DNA from: Bacteroidaceae bacterium | GTDB lineage: Bacteria > Bacteroidota > Bacteroidia > Bacteroidales > Bacteroidaceae | DNA: 64,000 nt | Assembly: GCA_017651315.1 (NCBI GenBank) | Contig: JAGCDE010000056.1 | Location: 49,474 to 113,473, forward strand | Direction of reading: 5' to 3' | Shown here: in pieces, positions 29,507 to 40,529 of the stretch | How positions within the stretch are numbered: position 1 is the first letter of the stretch | Layout: every line of letters starts with the position of its first letter | The notes under the pieces: model-generated | What the model was told of the DNA's origin: nothing | The model's database searches: none | The model's input: only the letters and a program-made list of their open reading frames with translations | Made by a program: the position numbers and the translations under genes

Positions 29507-30532
29507 TCAGTCAAACAGGTCGCCCGGCATCGGAGCATAACGCGAGCGTCCCAAATGCCTGTAAGCCAAGTCAGTCACCTCACGGCCACGCGGAGTACGC
29601 TTAAGGAACCCCTCCTGAATGAGGAACGGCTCATATACATCCTCAATTGTGCCGGCATCCTCACTCAAAGCCGTGGCGATGGTACCCAACCCCACGGGGC
29701 CGCCCTTGAACTTGTCAATGATGGTGGTCAGTATGCGGTTGTCTATCTCATCCAGGCCATACTTGTCAATATTTAACGCCTCAAGGGCGATATTCGCGAT
29801 GGAAAGGGTGATTCTCCCGGACCCCTTGACCTGTGCGAAGTCACGCACGCGGCGCAAAAGCGCGTTGGCTATACGTGGCGTGCCGCGGCTGCGTCCTGCA
29901 ATTTCGGCGGCTGCGTCAATGTCGCACGGTATTCCCAGAATCGAAGCTGAACGGAGTATTATCTTCTGCAATGTCCCGGCATCATAATACTCCAGATGCA
30001 TATTGATGCCGAATCTTGCGCGTAACGGGGCTGTGAGAAGGCCGCTACGGGTGGTGGCACCTATAAGCGTGAACGGATTAAGGTCTATCTGTATGCTGCG
30101 GGCCGAAGGGCCCTTGTCTATCATGATGTCAATCCGGTAGTCCTCCATAGCAGAGTAGAGATACTCCTCAACCACAGGCGAGAGACGGTGTATTTCATCG
30201 ATGAAAAGGACATCTTTCGGTTCAAGCGAGGTAAGTATGCCTGCCAGATCACCCGGTTTGTCCAAGACAGGACCCGATGTTATCTTGAACCCCACACCAA
30301 GTTCATTGGCGATAATGTTACTGAGAGTTGTCTTTCCCAGTCCCGGAGGGCCATGCAGCAGGGTATGGTCAAGAGACTCACCACGTTGGCGCGCCGCCTG
30401 AACGAATACACGCAGGTTCTCCACAATCTTGGTCTGTCCCGCAAAATCGCTGAACTGCAACGGACGGAGCGCGTTATCCAACTCCTTGTCCGATGCAGTC
30501 TGCTGCCGTCTGATATCAAAATCACCGTTCAT
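29507..30532 (-). CDS. ruvB: Holliday junction branch migration DNA helicase RuvB
   Basis: 341 aa. Walker A is [13 protein letters not shown] and Walker B is [10 protein letters not shown]. The sensor region [18 protein letters not shown] is present. Confidence 0.95.
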   Translation of the reverse strand: MNGDFDIRRQQTASDKELDNALRPLQFSDFAGQTKIVENLRVFVQAARQRGESLDHTLLHGPPGLGKTTLSNIIANELGVGFKITSGPVLDKPGDLAGILTSLEPKDVLFIDEIHRLSPVVEEYLYSAMEDYRIDIMIDKGPSARSIQIDLNPFTLIGATTRSGLLTAPLRARFGINMHLEYYDAGTLQKIILRSASILGIPCDIDAAAEIAGRSRGTPRIANALLRRVRDFAQVKGSGRITLSIANIALEALNIDKYGLDEIDNRILTTIIDKFKGGPVGLGTIATALSEDAGTIEDVYEPFLIQEGFLKRTPRGREVTDLAYRHLGRSRYAPMPGDLFD

Positions 30533-30558
30533 TCAAACTGAAAATTGAGAATTGGGAA

Positions 30559-31917
30559 TCAGAAAACCGCCTCTGTCAGGGCGGATGTGGCTATCAGAGT
30601 CTGTTCTCCTGTTTCCATATTCTTGAGAGTCACCTTGCCCTCTGCCAGTTCATTGCTGCCCACGATTGCCACGAATGGTACCTGCAGGGCATTGGCATAA
30701 GACATCTGCTTTTTCATCTTGGCCGCATCGGGATATATCTCCGATGGTATGCCCGCCCTACGCAGTTCAGAGAGCAGTTTCATGCAGAACTGTGCCTCCT
30801 GTTCCCCCAAATTCAGGAACAGCACCCTGACGCCGCCCTGCGCCTCCCTGGGATAAAGGTCCAGTTGTGTAAGCACATCATAAATCCGGTCAGCACCGAA
30901 CGATATACCGACACCGCTTACACCGGGAAGCCCGAATATGCCTGTAAGGTTGTCATAACGTCCGCCGCCGCTGATGGAACCTATCTCAACATCAAGTGCC
31001 TTCACCTCAAAGATGGCACCGGTATAGTAGTTAAGGCCGCGAGCCAGGGTAAGGTCAAGCTCCAGCCGGTTGTTGAGCCCCAAAGAGGTTGCACCTTCCA
31101 GAATAGAACGGCATTCCTCCACACCCTTGAGACCGGTCTCGCTGCCTGCCAGTACTGTGGCAATGGTATCAAGTTTTTCACTGTTGGAGCCGGTCAGCCT
31201 GATTATGGGCTGCAGCCTGTCAATTGCATCCTGCGGCAAACCTTTATCCGCCAGTTCGGCATTGACACCGTCGAGACCTATCTTGTCCAACTTGTCTATG
31301 GCTACGGTTATATCGACAATCTTATCCGATTGACCGATGGATTCGGCTATACCGGCCAGTATCTTGCGGTTATTCAGTTTTATGGCCACGCGCACGCCGA
31401 AACGGCTGAACACCATGTCAATCATCTGGATGAGCTCAATCTCGTAGAGGAGCGAATCGCTGCCCACCACATCGGCATCGCACTGGTAGAACTCGCGGTA
31501 ACGACCCTTCTGGGGACGGTCGGCACGCCAAACCGGCTGTATCTGGAAACGCTTGAAGGGGAACTGCAGCTCCTCGCGGTGCATCACCACAAAGCGGGCG
31601 AAAGGAACAGTCAGGTCATAACGAAGACCTTTTTCGCAGAACCTTGAGGCAAGCCTGAGGCTGTTGCGTGAGAGCAGCTCCTCATCCGTCAGCCCGCTCA
31701 TATAGTCACCTGAGTTCTGAATCTTGAACAGGAGTTTGTCACCCTCCTCCCCGTACTTGCCCATAAGGGTGGAGAGATTCTCCATGGACGGGGTCTCTAT
31801 CTGACTGTAGCCGAACAGGCGGAACACTCCGCGTATAGTATCGAATATGTAGTTGCGGCGCGCCATCTCCACCGGAGTGAAGTCACGCGTACCTTTTGGA
31901 ATTGACGGTTTCATCAA
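30559..31917 (-). CDS. hisS: histidine--tRNA ligase
   Basis: 452 aa. It has PKGTRDF, the class II motif 2 region [24 protein letters not shown], and the motif 3 region GGGRYDNL. Confidence 0.95.
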   Translation of the reverse strand: MMKPSIPKGTRDFTPVEMARRNYIFDTIRGVFRLFGYSQIETPSMENLSTLMGKYGEEGDKLLFKIQNSGDYMSGLTDEELLSRNSLRLASRFCEKGLRYDLTVPFARFVVMHREELQFPFKRFQIQPVWRADRPQKGRYREFYQCDADVVGSDSLLYEIELIQMIDMVFSRFGVRVAIKLNNRKILAGIAESIGQSDKIVDITVAIDKLDKIGLDGVNAELADKGLPQDAIDRLQPIIRLTGSNSEKLDTIATVLAGSETGLKGVEECRSILEGATSLGLNNRLELDLTLARGLNYYTGAIFEVKALDVEIGSISGGGRYDNLTGIFGLPGVSGVGISFGADRIYDVLTQLDLYPREAQGGVRVLFLNLGEQEAQFCMKLLSELRRAGIPSEIYPDAAKMKKQMSYANALQVPFVAIVGSNELAEGKVTLKNMETGEQTLIATSALTEAVF

Positions 31918-32585
31918 CGTCTGGAATTGAAAATCATTAAGTAATAGATTAATGTGCCAATCGAGCTGACAGCGGCCACCACGTAAGTATATGCGGCCGC
32001 CTTCAATGCGTCGCGGGCAGGCTCAGCCGTACCTTTCACAGCAAGACCTGAATGGTCAAGCCATGCCAGGGCACGGCGGCTGGCATCTATCTCCACGGGA
32101 AGAGTCACTATACTAAACAGGGTAGTCAGCGCGAAAAGCACAATTCCGGCGAGCATGACGCCGGGAAAGACCTGTATCAGTAAGATACCGACGAGCAGCA
32201 CCCAGGAGACTATCCTGGAGGAGAACTGCACGGCAGGAACCAGTGCCGAACGCATCTTGACCGGAGCGTAAGCCTGGGCATGCTGGACGGCATGACCGCA
32301 CTCATGGGCAGCCACGGCAGCTGCGGTTATGTTGCTTCCGTTATACACATCCCTGCTAAGGTTCACCGTATTGTTCTCAGGGTTGTAATGGTCTGTCAGC
32401 TGCCCCTCGATGCAGGTAATCCTGACGCCACGCACTCCGTAGTCTTCAAGCATCTTCCTGGCCACATCGCAGCCTCTCACTCCGCCTGGAGTCGCTATCT
32501 TGGCGAACTTGTCGAACTTGGACTGGAGGTTTGCCTGAACCAGGTAACTGGCAATTGCTATGCCTATGAAAATAATCCAATACAT
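31914..32585 (-). CDS. membrane zinc metallopeptidase (YugP-like, Zn_peptidase_2 type)
   Basis: 223 aa with an N-terminal TM segment, the HExxH motif [11 protein letters not shown], and two C-terminal TM segments. Confidence 0.75.
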   Translation of the reverse strand: MYWIIFIGIAIASYLVQANLQSKFDKFAKIATPGGVRGCDVARKMLEDYGVRGVRITCIEGQLTDHYNPENNTVNLSRDVYNGSNITAAAVAAHECGHAVQHAQAYAPVKMRSALVPAVQFSSRIVSWVLLVGILLIQVFPGVMLAGIVLFALTTLFSIVTLPVEIDASRRALAWLDHSGLAVKGTAEPARDALKAAAYTYVVAAVSSIGTLIYYLMIFNSRR

Positions 32586-32604
32586 GATGCGCTAAAAAAC
32601 TATT

Positions 32605-33882
32605 CTATTTTTTGCGTAGGACGGTCTGGTTACGGTCCGGTCCGACCGAAACAATCGAGACCGGAGTCTCCAGATAGTCCTCTATGAAACTTATGTAACA
32701 GTTGAACTCCTCGGGGAATTCATCCTCGTCAGCCACTTTGGAGAGGTCTGTCAGCCAGCCCTGGAACTCTTCATAGACCGGTTCCACACCCTCACAGTCG
32801 AAAGGGAACTCGTCTGTTTCAGTGCCGTCCGGCAATCTGTATGCCACACATGCCTTGATTGTCTTGAAGGTGTCAAGCACATCGCTCTTCATGAGGATCA
32901 GGTCAGTCACCCCATTCAGACGGACTGCATAGCGCAGAGCCACCAGATCCACCCATCCGCAGCGGCGGCGGCGTCCGGTCACTGCCCCGAACTCACAGCC
33001 ACGGTCGGAGAGAGACTCTCCGTCCGCATCGAAAAGCTCGGTCGGGAAAGGACCGCTTCCTACACGGGTGCAGTATGCCTTCATTATCCCGAACACCTTA
33101 CCTATATTGCGGGGCGCCACCCCCAAGCCTGTGCATGCACCGGCACAGATGGTATTGGAGGATGTCACGAACGGATAGGAGCCGAAATCGATATCCAGCA
33201 TGGTTCCCTGGGCCCCTTCGCACAGGATACTCTTCCCCTCGCGCATAAGGCCGGCCACAAGATGCTCACTATCGACGAACCTGAACTGCCTCATATAATC
33301 GATGCCCTCACGCCAGGCCTTCTCAAGAGGAGCCGGATCATACTCGTATGACAGGCTTCTGAGAGTACGCTCATGAGCCTCCTTAGCGGCCTTGAACCTC
33401 TCCTCAAAATCCGGCCGGAGCAGATCGCCCACCCTAAGGCCGGTACGGGCCACCTTGTCAGTATATGCAGGTCCTATCCCGCGACCGGTAGTACCTACCT
33501 TGCCGCTTCCCTTCGAAGCCTCAAGGGCACTGTCCAACAGACGGTGTGTGGGCAATATCAGATGAGCCTTCTTTGATATGACCAGCCTCTCCCTGAGGTT
33601 GATTCCGGCAGCTTCGAGAGCTTCGGCTTCAGCCTTGAAGAGAGCGGCGTCAAGCACCATCCCATTACCTATGATGTTAAGTTTGTCCCCCTGGAAAATG
33701 CCCGAAGGAATGGATTTCAGGACGAACTTCCTACCATCGAATATGAGTGTGTGCCCTGCATTAGGACCACCCTGGAACCGGGCTACCACATCATAACGCG
33801 GAGTAAGCACGTCAACCACCTTTCCTTTACCTTCATCGCCCCACTGCAGGCCCAGAAGAACATCAATTCTTTCCTTTTCCAT
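32605..33882 (-). CDS. purA: adenylosuccinate synthase
   Basis: 425 aa. The P-loop is GLQWGDEGKGKVVD, and GTTGRGIGPAYTDK and FGAVTGRRRRCGW are also present. Confidence 0.95.
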   Translation of the reverse strand: MEKERIDVLLGLQWGDEGKGKVVDVLTPRYDVVARFQGGPNAGHTLIFDGRKFVLKSIPSGIFQGDKLNIIGNGMVLDAALFKAEAEALEAAGINLRERLVISKKAHLILPTHRLLDSALEASKGSGKVGTTGRGIGPAYTDKVARTGLRVGDLLRPDFEERFKAAKEAHERTLRSLSYEYDPAPLEKAWREGIDYMRQFRFVDSEHLVAGLMREGKSILCEGAQGTMLDIDFGSYPFVTSSNTICAGACTGLGVAPRNIGKVFGIMKAYCTRVGSGPFPTELFDADGESLSDRGCEFGAVTGRRRRCGWVDLVALRYAVRLNGVTDLILMKSDVLDTFKTIKACVAYRLPDGTETDEFPFDCEGVEPVYEEFQGWLTDLSKVADEDEFPEEFNCYISFIEDYLETPVSIVSVGPDRNQTVLRKK

Positions 33883-34372
33883 TTTTCTCCGAATATAATT
33901 TTTCCATCTTTTTACGTTTTCTCTTCAATGCCGCCGAACACTTGCCGCACAGGCCATGGATGGAGAGTGAATAACCCGTCATGACAAACCTTTTCTTGCG
34001 CATATTCTCTATCTGTGCCCTGACCTTGTCGTCACTGCATTCCACGACCGAACCGCATCCGGTACAGATCATCTGTATTGAATACCTGTTGCTCCAGGAC
34101 CTCCTGTAGCCTGTTTCGCCGTTCAGCCATACCCTTTGTACAAGCCCCGCCTCCTCAAAGAGACCGAGATTGTTGTAAACGGTCGCGCGGCACACGCGGA
34201 AGCCGTGTTTTTCAAGCATGTCGTACGACAGCGTTTCAGGATTGAAGTATCCGTCATACGTATAGATAGCCTTGAGAAGCGCACTCCTTTCAGGTGTGCT
34301 TCTAAGGCCATGAACACGCAGATAGTCAGTCAATGCCATCATTGCCTGTCTCAACTCTTCATTCCTGTCCAT
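33863..34372 (-). CDS. Fur family transcriptional regulator
   Basis: 169 aa. The winged-helix part is LRSTPERSALLKAIY...CRATVYNNL. Two CxxC pairs are present (CTGCGSVVEC and HGLCGKC). A basic tail overlaps the purA start by 20 nt. Confidence 0.8.
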   Translation of the reverse strand: MDRNEELRQAMMALTDYLRVHGLRSTPERSALLKAIYTYDGYFNPETLSYDMLEKHGFRVCRATVYNNLGLFEEAGLVQRVWLNGETGYRRSWSNRYSIQMICTGCGSVVECSDDKVRAQIENMRKKRFVMTGYSLSIHGLCGKCSAALKRKRKKMEKLYSEKNGKGKN

Positions 34373-34940
34373 CCTCTCTTTCCAAAAGGGCCAATGCCGC
34401 CCTTGCCGCCTGTGACGGCAACAGCTTCCCGCCTGAAACAGCAGCCTCAGCCTGGTCTTTCAGTTCCGAAACGAAACGCCTGTTCATCTGTCCACCCCGT
34501 CTGAGAAGGTTCGCTATGACAAGGTAACCGCAATACTGCAGCATCTCCTCATCGGTAGCTATCCAGCGGAAAGCGGTGACAGAAGCATCCTCCATCCTGC
34601 TGAAAAGGTACATGGAGCATACCTCGGCAAGATCGGGATATTCTATTTCACTGACCCAGAGGTCAGCCATGTCGGCCTTGAACTCAGCGGCCGGATAGAC
34701 GAAAGCCGCCAGCATCCTGCATTCACGGATATTCTCCTTCCATAAAGCAACAGCAAGACGGCTGTCTTTCTCAATACCTGACGCTATCTCTTTGATACGG
34801 GGAAGGTCAACACCGAAATTAACGCTGTAGCCTATCCCTCTCTCTCTCATGATTTGCGATGCGGTGCCGTTCATTGACAGCCTCAGCATCTTCTTTATCT
34901 CCGATAACTGTTCTTCTACCGACATCTTGTCAATTGGCAC
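34359..34940 (-). CDS. DNA alkylation repair protein-like (AlkD/HEAT-like repeat family), tentative
   Basis: 193 aa and all-helical. The pattern NFGVDLPRIKEIASGI...LAVALWKENIRECRMLAAFVYP resembles the AlkC/AlkD-type family as I remember it. I have not verified this. Confidence 0.45.
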   Translation of the reverse strand: MPIDKMSVEEQLSEIKKMLRLSMNGTASQIMRERGIGYSVNFGVDLPRIKEIASGIEKDSRLAVALWKENIRECRMLAAFVYPAAEFKADMADLWVSEIEYPDLAEVCSMYLFSRMEDASVTAFRWIATDEEMLQYCGYLVIANLLRRGGQMNRRFVSELKDQAEAAVSGGKLLPSQAARAALALLEREDGQE

Positions 34941-34941
34941 T

Positions 34942-35370
34942 TCACATGGAAAGGTGCCGTTTCTTATACTGGTGAGGAGCCTCCCCTTTCTCCCTGAAGA
35001 AAGCGGCGTAGAAAGACTGACGGTTGGCGAAACCGCACATCTTCCCTATCTCCTCCATAGTCTTGTCCAGATAACGTCTGTCCACAAGCATGTGGACTGC
35101 ATCACGTATTCTGCATCCGTTCACCAGATTGGAATAGTTCATTCCGAATCTTGAATTAATCACTGCTGACAGGTAACGTGGATTAGTGTCCAGATCCTTA
35201 GCCAACTGCTTGGCTGAATAATCGGGATCACGGTACTTTTTTTGCGCCACGACGATGGTCAGAATCCGGTCATACAGTTCATCTGCAAGTTCTGCACGAA
35301 TAAGGTTCCTGTAGTCAGCGTTCTTCTCGGCTTTCGCTTTGATCTTGTAAGGTTTAGTTTGTTCTTTCAT
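34942..35370 (-). CDS. AraC-type helix-turn-helix DNA-binding protein (HTH domain only)
   Basis: I trimmed the start from 35604 to MKEQTKPYKI (ATG 35368-35370), because the extension overlaps dnaG. Its 142 aa contain YSAKQLAKDLDTNPRYLSAVINSRFGMNYSNLVNGCRIRDAVHML...EIGKMCGFANRQSFYAAFFREKGEAPHQY, which is a typical double-HTH AraC/XylS C-terminal domain. Confidence 0.65.
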   Translation of the reverse strand: MKEQTKPYKIKAKAEKNADYRNLIRAELADELYDRILTIVVAQKKYRDPDYSAKQLAKDLDTNPRYLSAVINSRFGMNYSNLVNGCRIRDAVHMLVDRRYLDKTMEEIGKMCGFANRQSFYAAFFREKGEAPHQYKKRHLSM

Positions 35371-35484
35371 TGGACTAATAATGTGTTCACAAAGTAAATA
35401 CTTTTTCAAAAAACAAAATGAAAAAGACTCCATTTTTTTTCGAAAAAAGCATAAAACGGCCTGTTTTTTCGTATTTTTGTGTGA

Positions 35485-37530
35485 ATGATTGACCAACTGA
35501 CAGTTGAACGCATACTTGATGCGGCTGACATAGTGGATGTCGTGTCCGGATTTGTCACCCTGCGAAGGCGGGGTGTCAATTATGTCGGACTGTGTCCTTT
35601 CCATAATGAGAAGACCCCTTCATTCTACGTTTCGCCCTCCAAGGGGATATGCAAGTGCTTCAGCTGCGGAAAAGGCGGCAACGCCATACATTTCCTCATG
35701 GAACACGAGCAGATGTCATTCCAGGACGCTGCCGAATGGCTTGCTGACAAGTACGGCATACCATTCCGCAAACGGGAACTGACAGACAACGAGAAAGCCC
35801 TCCAGAGCGAGCGCGAGTCCATGTTCATAACCAACAGGTTCGCCTGCGACTATTTCAGGGATATTCTCCTCAACAACGTGAAAGGCCGCGCGGTCGGACT
35901 GGCCTACTTCCGTCAGCGCGGGTTCCGTGATGACATCATAGAGAAGTTCCAGCTTGGCTATTGTCCCGACGAGCCTGATGCTCTGGCACGTCATGCCCTG
36001 TCAAAAGGCTACACCAGGGAGAACCTCATCAAGACCGGCCTATGCTACGAGAGGGATGACGGCACACTCAGGGACCGTTTCAGGGGACGCGTGATATTCC
36101 CCGTCCACTCCCTGGCCGGCAAGATAGTGGCTTTCGGCGGAAGGGTCATGAAGGCCGATGCCAAGACAGCCAAGTACGTGAACTCCCCCGAGTCCTCCAT
36201 CTACTCCAAGAGCAAGGAGCTCTATGGCCTCTACTTCGCCAAGCAGGCCATAGTACGCAAGGACCGCTGTTTCCTGGTGGAGGGGTATGCCGACGTCATT
36301 TCCATGTTCCAGTCAGGAGTGGAGAATGTCGTTGCCTCCAGCGGAACCTCGCTCACCCCCGGACAGATACGCCTTATCCACCGGTTCACCAACAACATAA
36401 CCGTACTCTATGATGGTGACAAAGCCGGAATCAAAGCCTCCATACGCGGAATTGACATGCTTCTCGCCGAGGGGATGAACGTCAAGGTGCTTCTGTTGCC
36501 CGACGGTGAAGACCCGGACAGCTTCGCCCAAAGCCACAACGCCACTGCCTTCCAGCAGTACATTGACACCCATCAGGTGGATTTCATCCGGTTCAAGGTG
36601 AACCTGCTCATGGCCGACGCATCCGATGACCCGATAAGCCGTTCCTCACTGATAAAGGATATAACAAAAAGCATATCCGTCATTCAGGACCAGATAGTAA
36701 GGTCGGTCTATATCAAGGAGTGCAGCCAGCTTCTGAAAGTTGACGAGAGACTTCTCATAGCCGATGTCAACCGGCAGCAGCGAGAACGTTACAGCAATCC
36801 GTACGATGAGCAGTTGCAGACACCTGCACAGCAACAGCCTGTCAGACAGACATCCCCTGAAGAGGAGAAAGACGGAGAACCTGCCGGTGCTGCCGAGACT
36901 CCTGTCCAGACTGTGGAAGAGCTCTCCGAAGAGGATAAACTACGCCATGAAATCCGAAGGCTCAAGAATCTGGGACTAGGCCCGATTATGGACAAGGAGA
37001 GGCTCCTGGCACAGATGATAGTCCGCTACGGCAACAGGGCAATCTGCGTTATTGAGACAGACGAAGGTCCGAAGGCCATCACCGTAGGCAATTTCATAGT
37101 GCAGTCTCTTGCCAATGACGGGATAGAGTTCCGTCACCCCGTATATAAAAGGTTCGTCCAGCTCTTCGGAGAGCATTCGGAGGAGCCTGGGTTCGACCCT
37201 GAGCGTTTCTTCATGTCGCATCCTGAGAATTTCGTCAGTCTCACTACCGCCAGTCTGATGGAGGAGAGGTATCAGCTCAGCGAAAAATTCAGGTCACCCA
37301 AGTCCGAGGATGACGACTCTCACCTTTTTGACCTGGCGACTCACCTGATGGCCGACTATCAGATGGAGGTGATACGCCTCGACATCAAGGAACTGGAAAA
37401 ACAGATGGCCGATCCTGCCGCAACCGGATCCGCCGACGGAATGAAGGAGATGCAGCTCCGCTACCAGTCACTGCTCAAAGCAAGAAACGCGCTCGCCAGG
37501 AAACTTGGCGAACGCGTAGTCAACCTGTAA
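35485..37530 (+). CDS. dnaG: DNA primase
   Basis: 681 aa. The zinc ribbon is CPFHNEKTPSFYVSPSKGICKCFSCGKGG. The Toprim motifs are FLVEGYADVIS and LYDGDKAG. Confidence 0.95.
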   Translation: MIDQLTVERILDAADIVDVVSGFVTLRRRGVNYVGLCPFHNEKTPSFYVSPSKGICKCFSCGKGGNAIHFLMEHEQMSFQDAAEWLADKYGIPFRKRELTDNEKALQSERESMFITNRFACDYFRDILLNNVKGRAVGLAYFRQRGFRDDIIEKFQLGYCPDEPDALARHALSKGYTRENLIKTGLCYERDDGTLRDRFRGRVIFPVHSLAGKIVAFGGRVMKADAKTAKYVNSPESSIYSKSKELYGLYFAKQAIVRKDRCFLVEGYADVISMFQSGVENVVASSGTSLTPGQIRLIHRFTNNITVLYDGDKAGIKASIRGIDMLLAEGMNVKVLLLPDGEDPDSFAQSHNATAFQQYIDTHQVDFIRFKVNLLMADASDDPISRSSLIKDITKSISVIQDQIVRSVYIKECSQLLKVDERLLIADVNRQQRERYSNPYDEQLQTPAQQQPVRQTSPEEEKDGEPAGAAETPVQTVEELSEEDKLRHEIRRLKNLGLGPIMDKERLLAQMIVRYGNRAICVIETDEGPKAITVGNFIVQSLANDGIEFRHPVYKRFVQLFGEHSEEPGFDPERFFMSHPENFVSLTTASLMEERYQLSEKFRSPKSEDDDSHLFDLATHLMADYQMEVIRLDIKELEKQMADPAATGSADGMKEMQLRYQSLLKARNALARKLGERVVNL

Positions 37531-37547
37531 GGTACCGGTAACAGGTG

Positions 37548-38147
37548 TCAGGTTCTGTTTCCTGCAATAAGATTCATAAACTCCTCCCGGGTCTTGGCGC
37601 GGTTGAAAGCGCCTGTGAAATCCGATGTCGTGGTCACGGAGTTCTGTTTCTCCACCCCGCGCATCTGCATGCACATGTGACTGGCCTCTATGACCACCAT
37701 CACACCCAAGGGCTGCAGTGTCTCCTGTATGCAATCCTTGATCTGCATGGTCATGCGCTCCTGAACCTGAAGCCTGCGCGCGAAGGCATCGACCACACGG
37801 GCTATCTTACTCAATCCGGTGATATAGCCGTTCGGGATATATGCCACATGCGCCTTACCGTAAAAGGGCAGCATGTGGTGCTCGCAAAGCGAATAGAAAT
37901 CAATATCCTTCACTATCACCATCTGCCTGTAGTCCTCCTTGAACATGGCCGATTTGAGGATGGCCGACGGATCGACGGTATATCCGCTTGTGAAGTCAAG
38001 GAGAGTCTTGGCCACCCTCAGAGGAGTCCTGACAAGCCCTTCACGGGCATAGTCAGGCTCAATGATCTTCAGAATTTCCTCATAGTGATGTTTCAACTCA
38101 AGGAAACGGGGTGACTCCTCGTCGTCAAAGGGAATGAGACTGCTCAT
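37548..38147 (-). CDS. folE: GTP cyclohydrolase I
   Basis: [20 protein letters not shown] and RLQVQERMT are FolE signatures. I trimmed the start from 38273 to [11 protein letters not shown] (ATG 38145-38147), which overlaps the upstream stop as ATGA. Confidence 0.9.
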   Translation of the reverse strand: MSSLIPFDDEESPRFLELKHHYEEILKIIEPDYAREGLVRTPLRVAKTLLDFTSGYTVDPSAILKSAMFKEDYRQMVIVKDIDFYSLCEHHMLPFYGKAHVAYIPNGYITGLSKIARVVDAFARRLQVQERMTMQIKDCIQETLQPLGVMVVIEASHMCMQMRGVEKQNSVTTTSDFTGAFNRAKTREEFMNLIAGNRT

Positions 38148-38596
38148 AACGGAACCCTGATCTCCTGGTTGGGCAAGATGTATATCTCCTTGTAGGTGGT
38201 CTCCTTCTTGAGCCGGCGCATGGTTTCGTACGCCTCCTCCACGGACAGGAAATCCCCTACCGTGCAGAGCCATCGTGGTGACTTGAAGAATGTATATACC
38301 GGAAGATCAGGATAACTGGCTTTAAGGGTGTTGGCTATACTGGTGGCCTTCTCCTTGGACGCACGCGTGTTGTTACCGGAATAGACCTGGATCCTGAACC
38401 CCTTGGCCTTAATCAGGGTGCCGGAGCCTGCATCGGACATATAACCGATGAGACTGTCTATGCGGACATCCCTTTCTATCCGGACATTACCCCTTCCAGG
38501 AACCTCCCTCTCAAGCTCCTGGAGCAGTGTCCTGTTCTGGGCACCGGCCAGTGTCGTGAAGAGAAGCATCACAAGTATTAACAGGTTCTTATCCAT
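38144..38596 (-). CDS. SPOR domain-containing protein
   Basis: 150 aa with a signal peptide. The C-terminal [57 protein letters not shown] fits the SPOR peptidoglycan-binding repeat pattern. Confidence 0.75.
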   Translation of the reverse strand: MDKNLLILVMLLFTTLAGAQNRTLLQELEREVPGRGNVRIERDVRIDSLIGYMSDAGSGTLIKAKGFRIQVYSGNNTRASKEKATSIANTLKASYPDLPVYTFFKSPRWLCTVGDFLSVEEAYETMRRLKKETTYKEIYILPNQEIRVPL

Positions 38597-38608
38597 AGGA
38601 GCGTAATC

Positions 38609-39370
38609 CTATTTTTTCCAGGCGTCGATGATGCCCTTGAAGTCAGCTGCCTTAAGAGAGGCTCCGCCTATCAGGCCACCGTCAATGTCGGGCTTGGAAA
38701 AGAGCTCACCCGCATTCGAAGGTTTGCATGAACCACCATAAAGGATGGTAGTGTCCTCGGCAATCTGCTTGCCGTACTTTTCGGCTATGACCGAACGTAT
38801 ATAGGCATGTATCTCCTCAGCCTGTCCGGAAGTGGCGGTCTTGCCGGTACCGATTGCCCAGATGGGCTCGTAGGCGATGATTATGTTCTTGAACTCCTCG
38901 GCTGACAGATTGAACACCGAACCCTCAAGCTCGGCCTTTACCACCTGGTTCTGGATAGATTTGTCACGCTCCTCCTCCGACTCACCGATGCAGAAGATTA
39001 CCTTGAGGCCGTTGGCTATTGCCAGAAGGACCTTCTCCTTGAGAATTTCGTAAGTCTCATGATAATACATCCTGCGTTCGGAATGGCCCAGAATCACATA
39101 CTCGGCACCCGTTGACTTGACCATCTCGGCCGAAACCTCACCGGTGAATGCACCAGAGGCCTTGTCGGCACAGTTCTGGGCGGAGAGACCTATAAGCTTG
39201 TGGTCTATCACCTCCGACACCTTGGCAAGATGGATGAACGGAGTTCCTATCACCACGTCACAGGCAGGCTTTTCAGCAGCCAGCATTACATTAAGTTCCT
39301 CAGCGAGAGCCAAACCTTCCTGGAGATTCTTGTTCATCTTCCAGTTTCCGGCAACAATTTTCTTTCTCAT
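38609..39370 (-). CDS. tpiA: triose-phosphate isomerase
   Basis: 253 aa. It has [32 protein letters not shown] and GGASLK. Confidence 0.95.
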   Translation of the reverse strand: MRKKIVAGNWKMNKNLQEGLALAEELNVMLAAEKPACDVVIGTPFIHLAKVSEVIDHKLIGLSAQNCADKASGAFTGEVSAEMVKSTGAEYVILGHSERRMYYHETYEILKEKVLLAIANGLKVIFCIGESEEERDKSIQNQVVKAELEGSVFNLSAEEFKNIIIAYEPIWAIGTGKTATSGQAEEIHAYIRSVIAEKYGKQIAEDTTILYGGSCKPSNAGELFSKPDIDGGLIGGASLKAADFKGIIDAWKK

Positions 39371-39389
39371 GTCTCTTTATATTTAAGTG

Positions 39390-40529
39390 TTACAGAATCT
39401 TTGATTTTACAAGTGAAATAAGACCGATGATCAGCATGGGCAGCAGGAAGAGCAGGGCAATGCCCAATGGTGTGCGCATCGGGTCCGGAGCAGGAACCTT
39501 TCCCGCCTCTATGACATCCAACGGACCGGAGAGCCGTGTCTCATCCGGAATGTTGAGATAACTCCACTTATTCACCAGCACACCGTCATGCAGGAGCACC
39601 AGACCCGGATTGGAACGCACCATGGTCTCGAGAGGTATCTCGTCACAATGCAGGAAACCATACTCCGCGCCCGTGTTCTCCGTCCACTCGTGGACCGCTC
39701 CGCTGCCGGATGAGGTAAGTCCGTACATTCCGTAGCCCCAACGGCGGCAATAGTCGTAAATGTCATCAATGAGGTCTATATTCCTTTCGTTCGCACTCTC
39801 TAAATGGGGTGAAACCACAAGGAACGTGTAGCCTGGCTCGTTCAGGATATCAGGGGTCACGTCATCCAGGTTACTGTCCATGATGAAGAAATCGGCCATC
39901 CCGGGATTCTCCCCCTGCAGGACACCCCGGCGAAGGTCAGTTCCGGTCTTGTACGGGCGGAAATCAATTGCCGGAAGATACTTTATGTTGCTCACCATGA
40001 ACTTTATGATGAGAATCATGGAAACGAGCGTGAGCACCCACTGTATCTTCTCATGGGCAAAAGGCACTGAGAGCCTCCTGCGGATGAACACATACAGGGT
40101 CAGTGCAAGCAGGAACACGTTCTTCCAGAATGTCTGCCAGTTGGAGAGTTTCACCGCATCCCCGAAACAGCCACAGTCCTCAACAGGGTTGGCAAGCGCC
40201 AGATAAAGCGTGAACGGGGTCATCACCAAAAGGAACAGTGACAGGAGCAGCGATGTCCCGCGTATATACGCACCCATAGTCATGTATATCCCGAGCAGAA
40301 GCTCCATGCCGGCCAGTATGCAGGCCATGATGAGCAGGGTGGAATCAGGCAGGGTTATATTCATTCCGAGCGCACCCATGTAATCGGTCAGCTTTATCTG
40401 GGTTCCCACAGGATCCACAGCCTTCACTGTCCCGGAGAACATGAACACCACACCTACAAGGACACGGCAGAAACTGACCGAAATCCTGGCAGGCAGACTG
40501 CGCTTTATGTTCCCCTTGTCCCTCATCAC
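39390..40529 (-). CDS. DoxX-like membrane protein with a C-terminal soluble (thioredoxin-like?) domain
   Basis: 379 aa. The N-terminal half has about 4-5 TM helices (FCRVLVGVVFMFSGTVKAVDP... is DoxX-like), followed by a roughly 170-aa soluble part and a final TM segment. The family assignment is from memory of the Bacteroides neighbourhood tpiA-DoxX-DUF1599. Confidence 0.5.
   Translation of the reverse strand: MMRDKGNIKRSLPARISVSFCRVLVGVVFMFSGTVKAVDPVGTQIKLTDYMGALGMNITLPDSTLLIMACILAGMELLLGIYMTMGAYIRGTSLLLSLFLLVMTPFTLYLALANPVEDCGCFGDAVKLSNWQTFWKNVFLLALTLYVFIRRRLSVPFAHEKIQWVLTLVSMILIIKFMVSNIKYLPAIDFRPYKTGTDLRRGVLQGENPGMADFFIMDSNLDDVTPDILNEPGYTFLVVSPHLESANERNIDLIDDIYDYCRRWGYGMYGLTSSGSGAVHEWTENTGAEYGFLHCDEIPLETMVRSNPGLVLLHDGVLVNKWSYLNIPDETRLSGPLDVIEAGKVPAPDPMRTPLGIALLFLLPMLIIGLISLVKSKIL

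Noticed and set aside
35472-35479. TATTTTTG (a TAnnTTTG match) upstream of dnaG.
   Set aside because: It ends only 5 nt before the dnaG ATG, which would imply a leaderless transcript. There is no -33 partner. It is too uncertain to list as a promoter feature.
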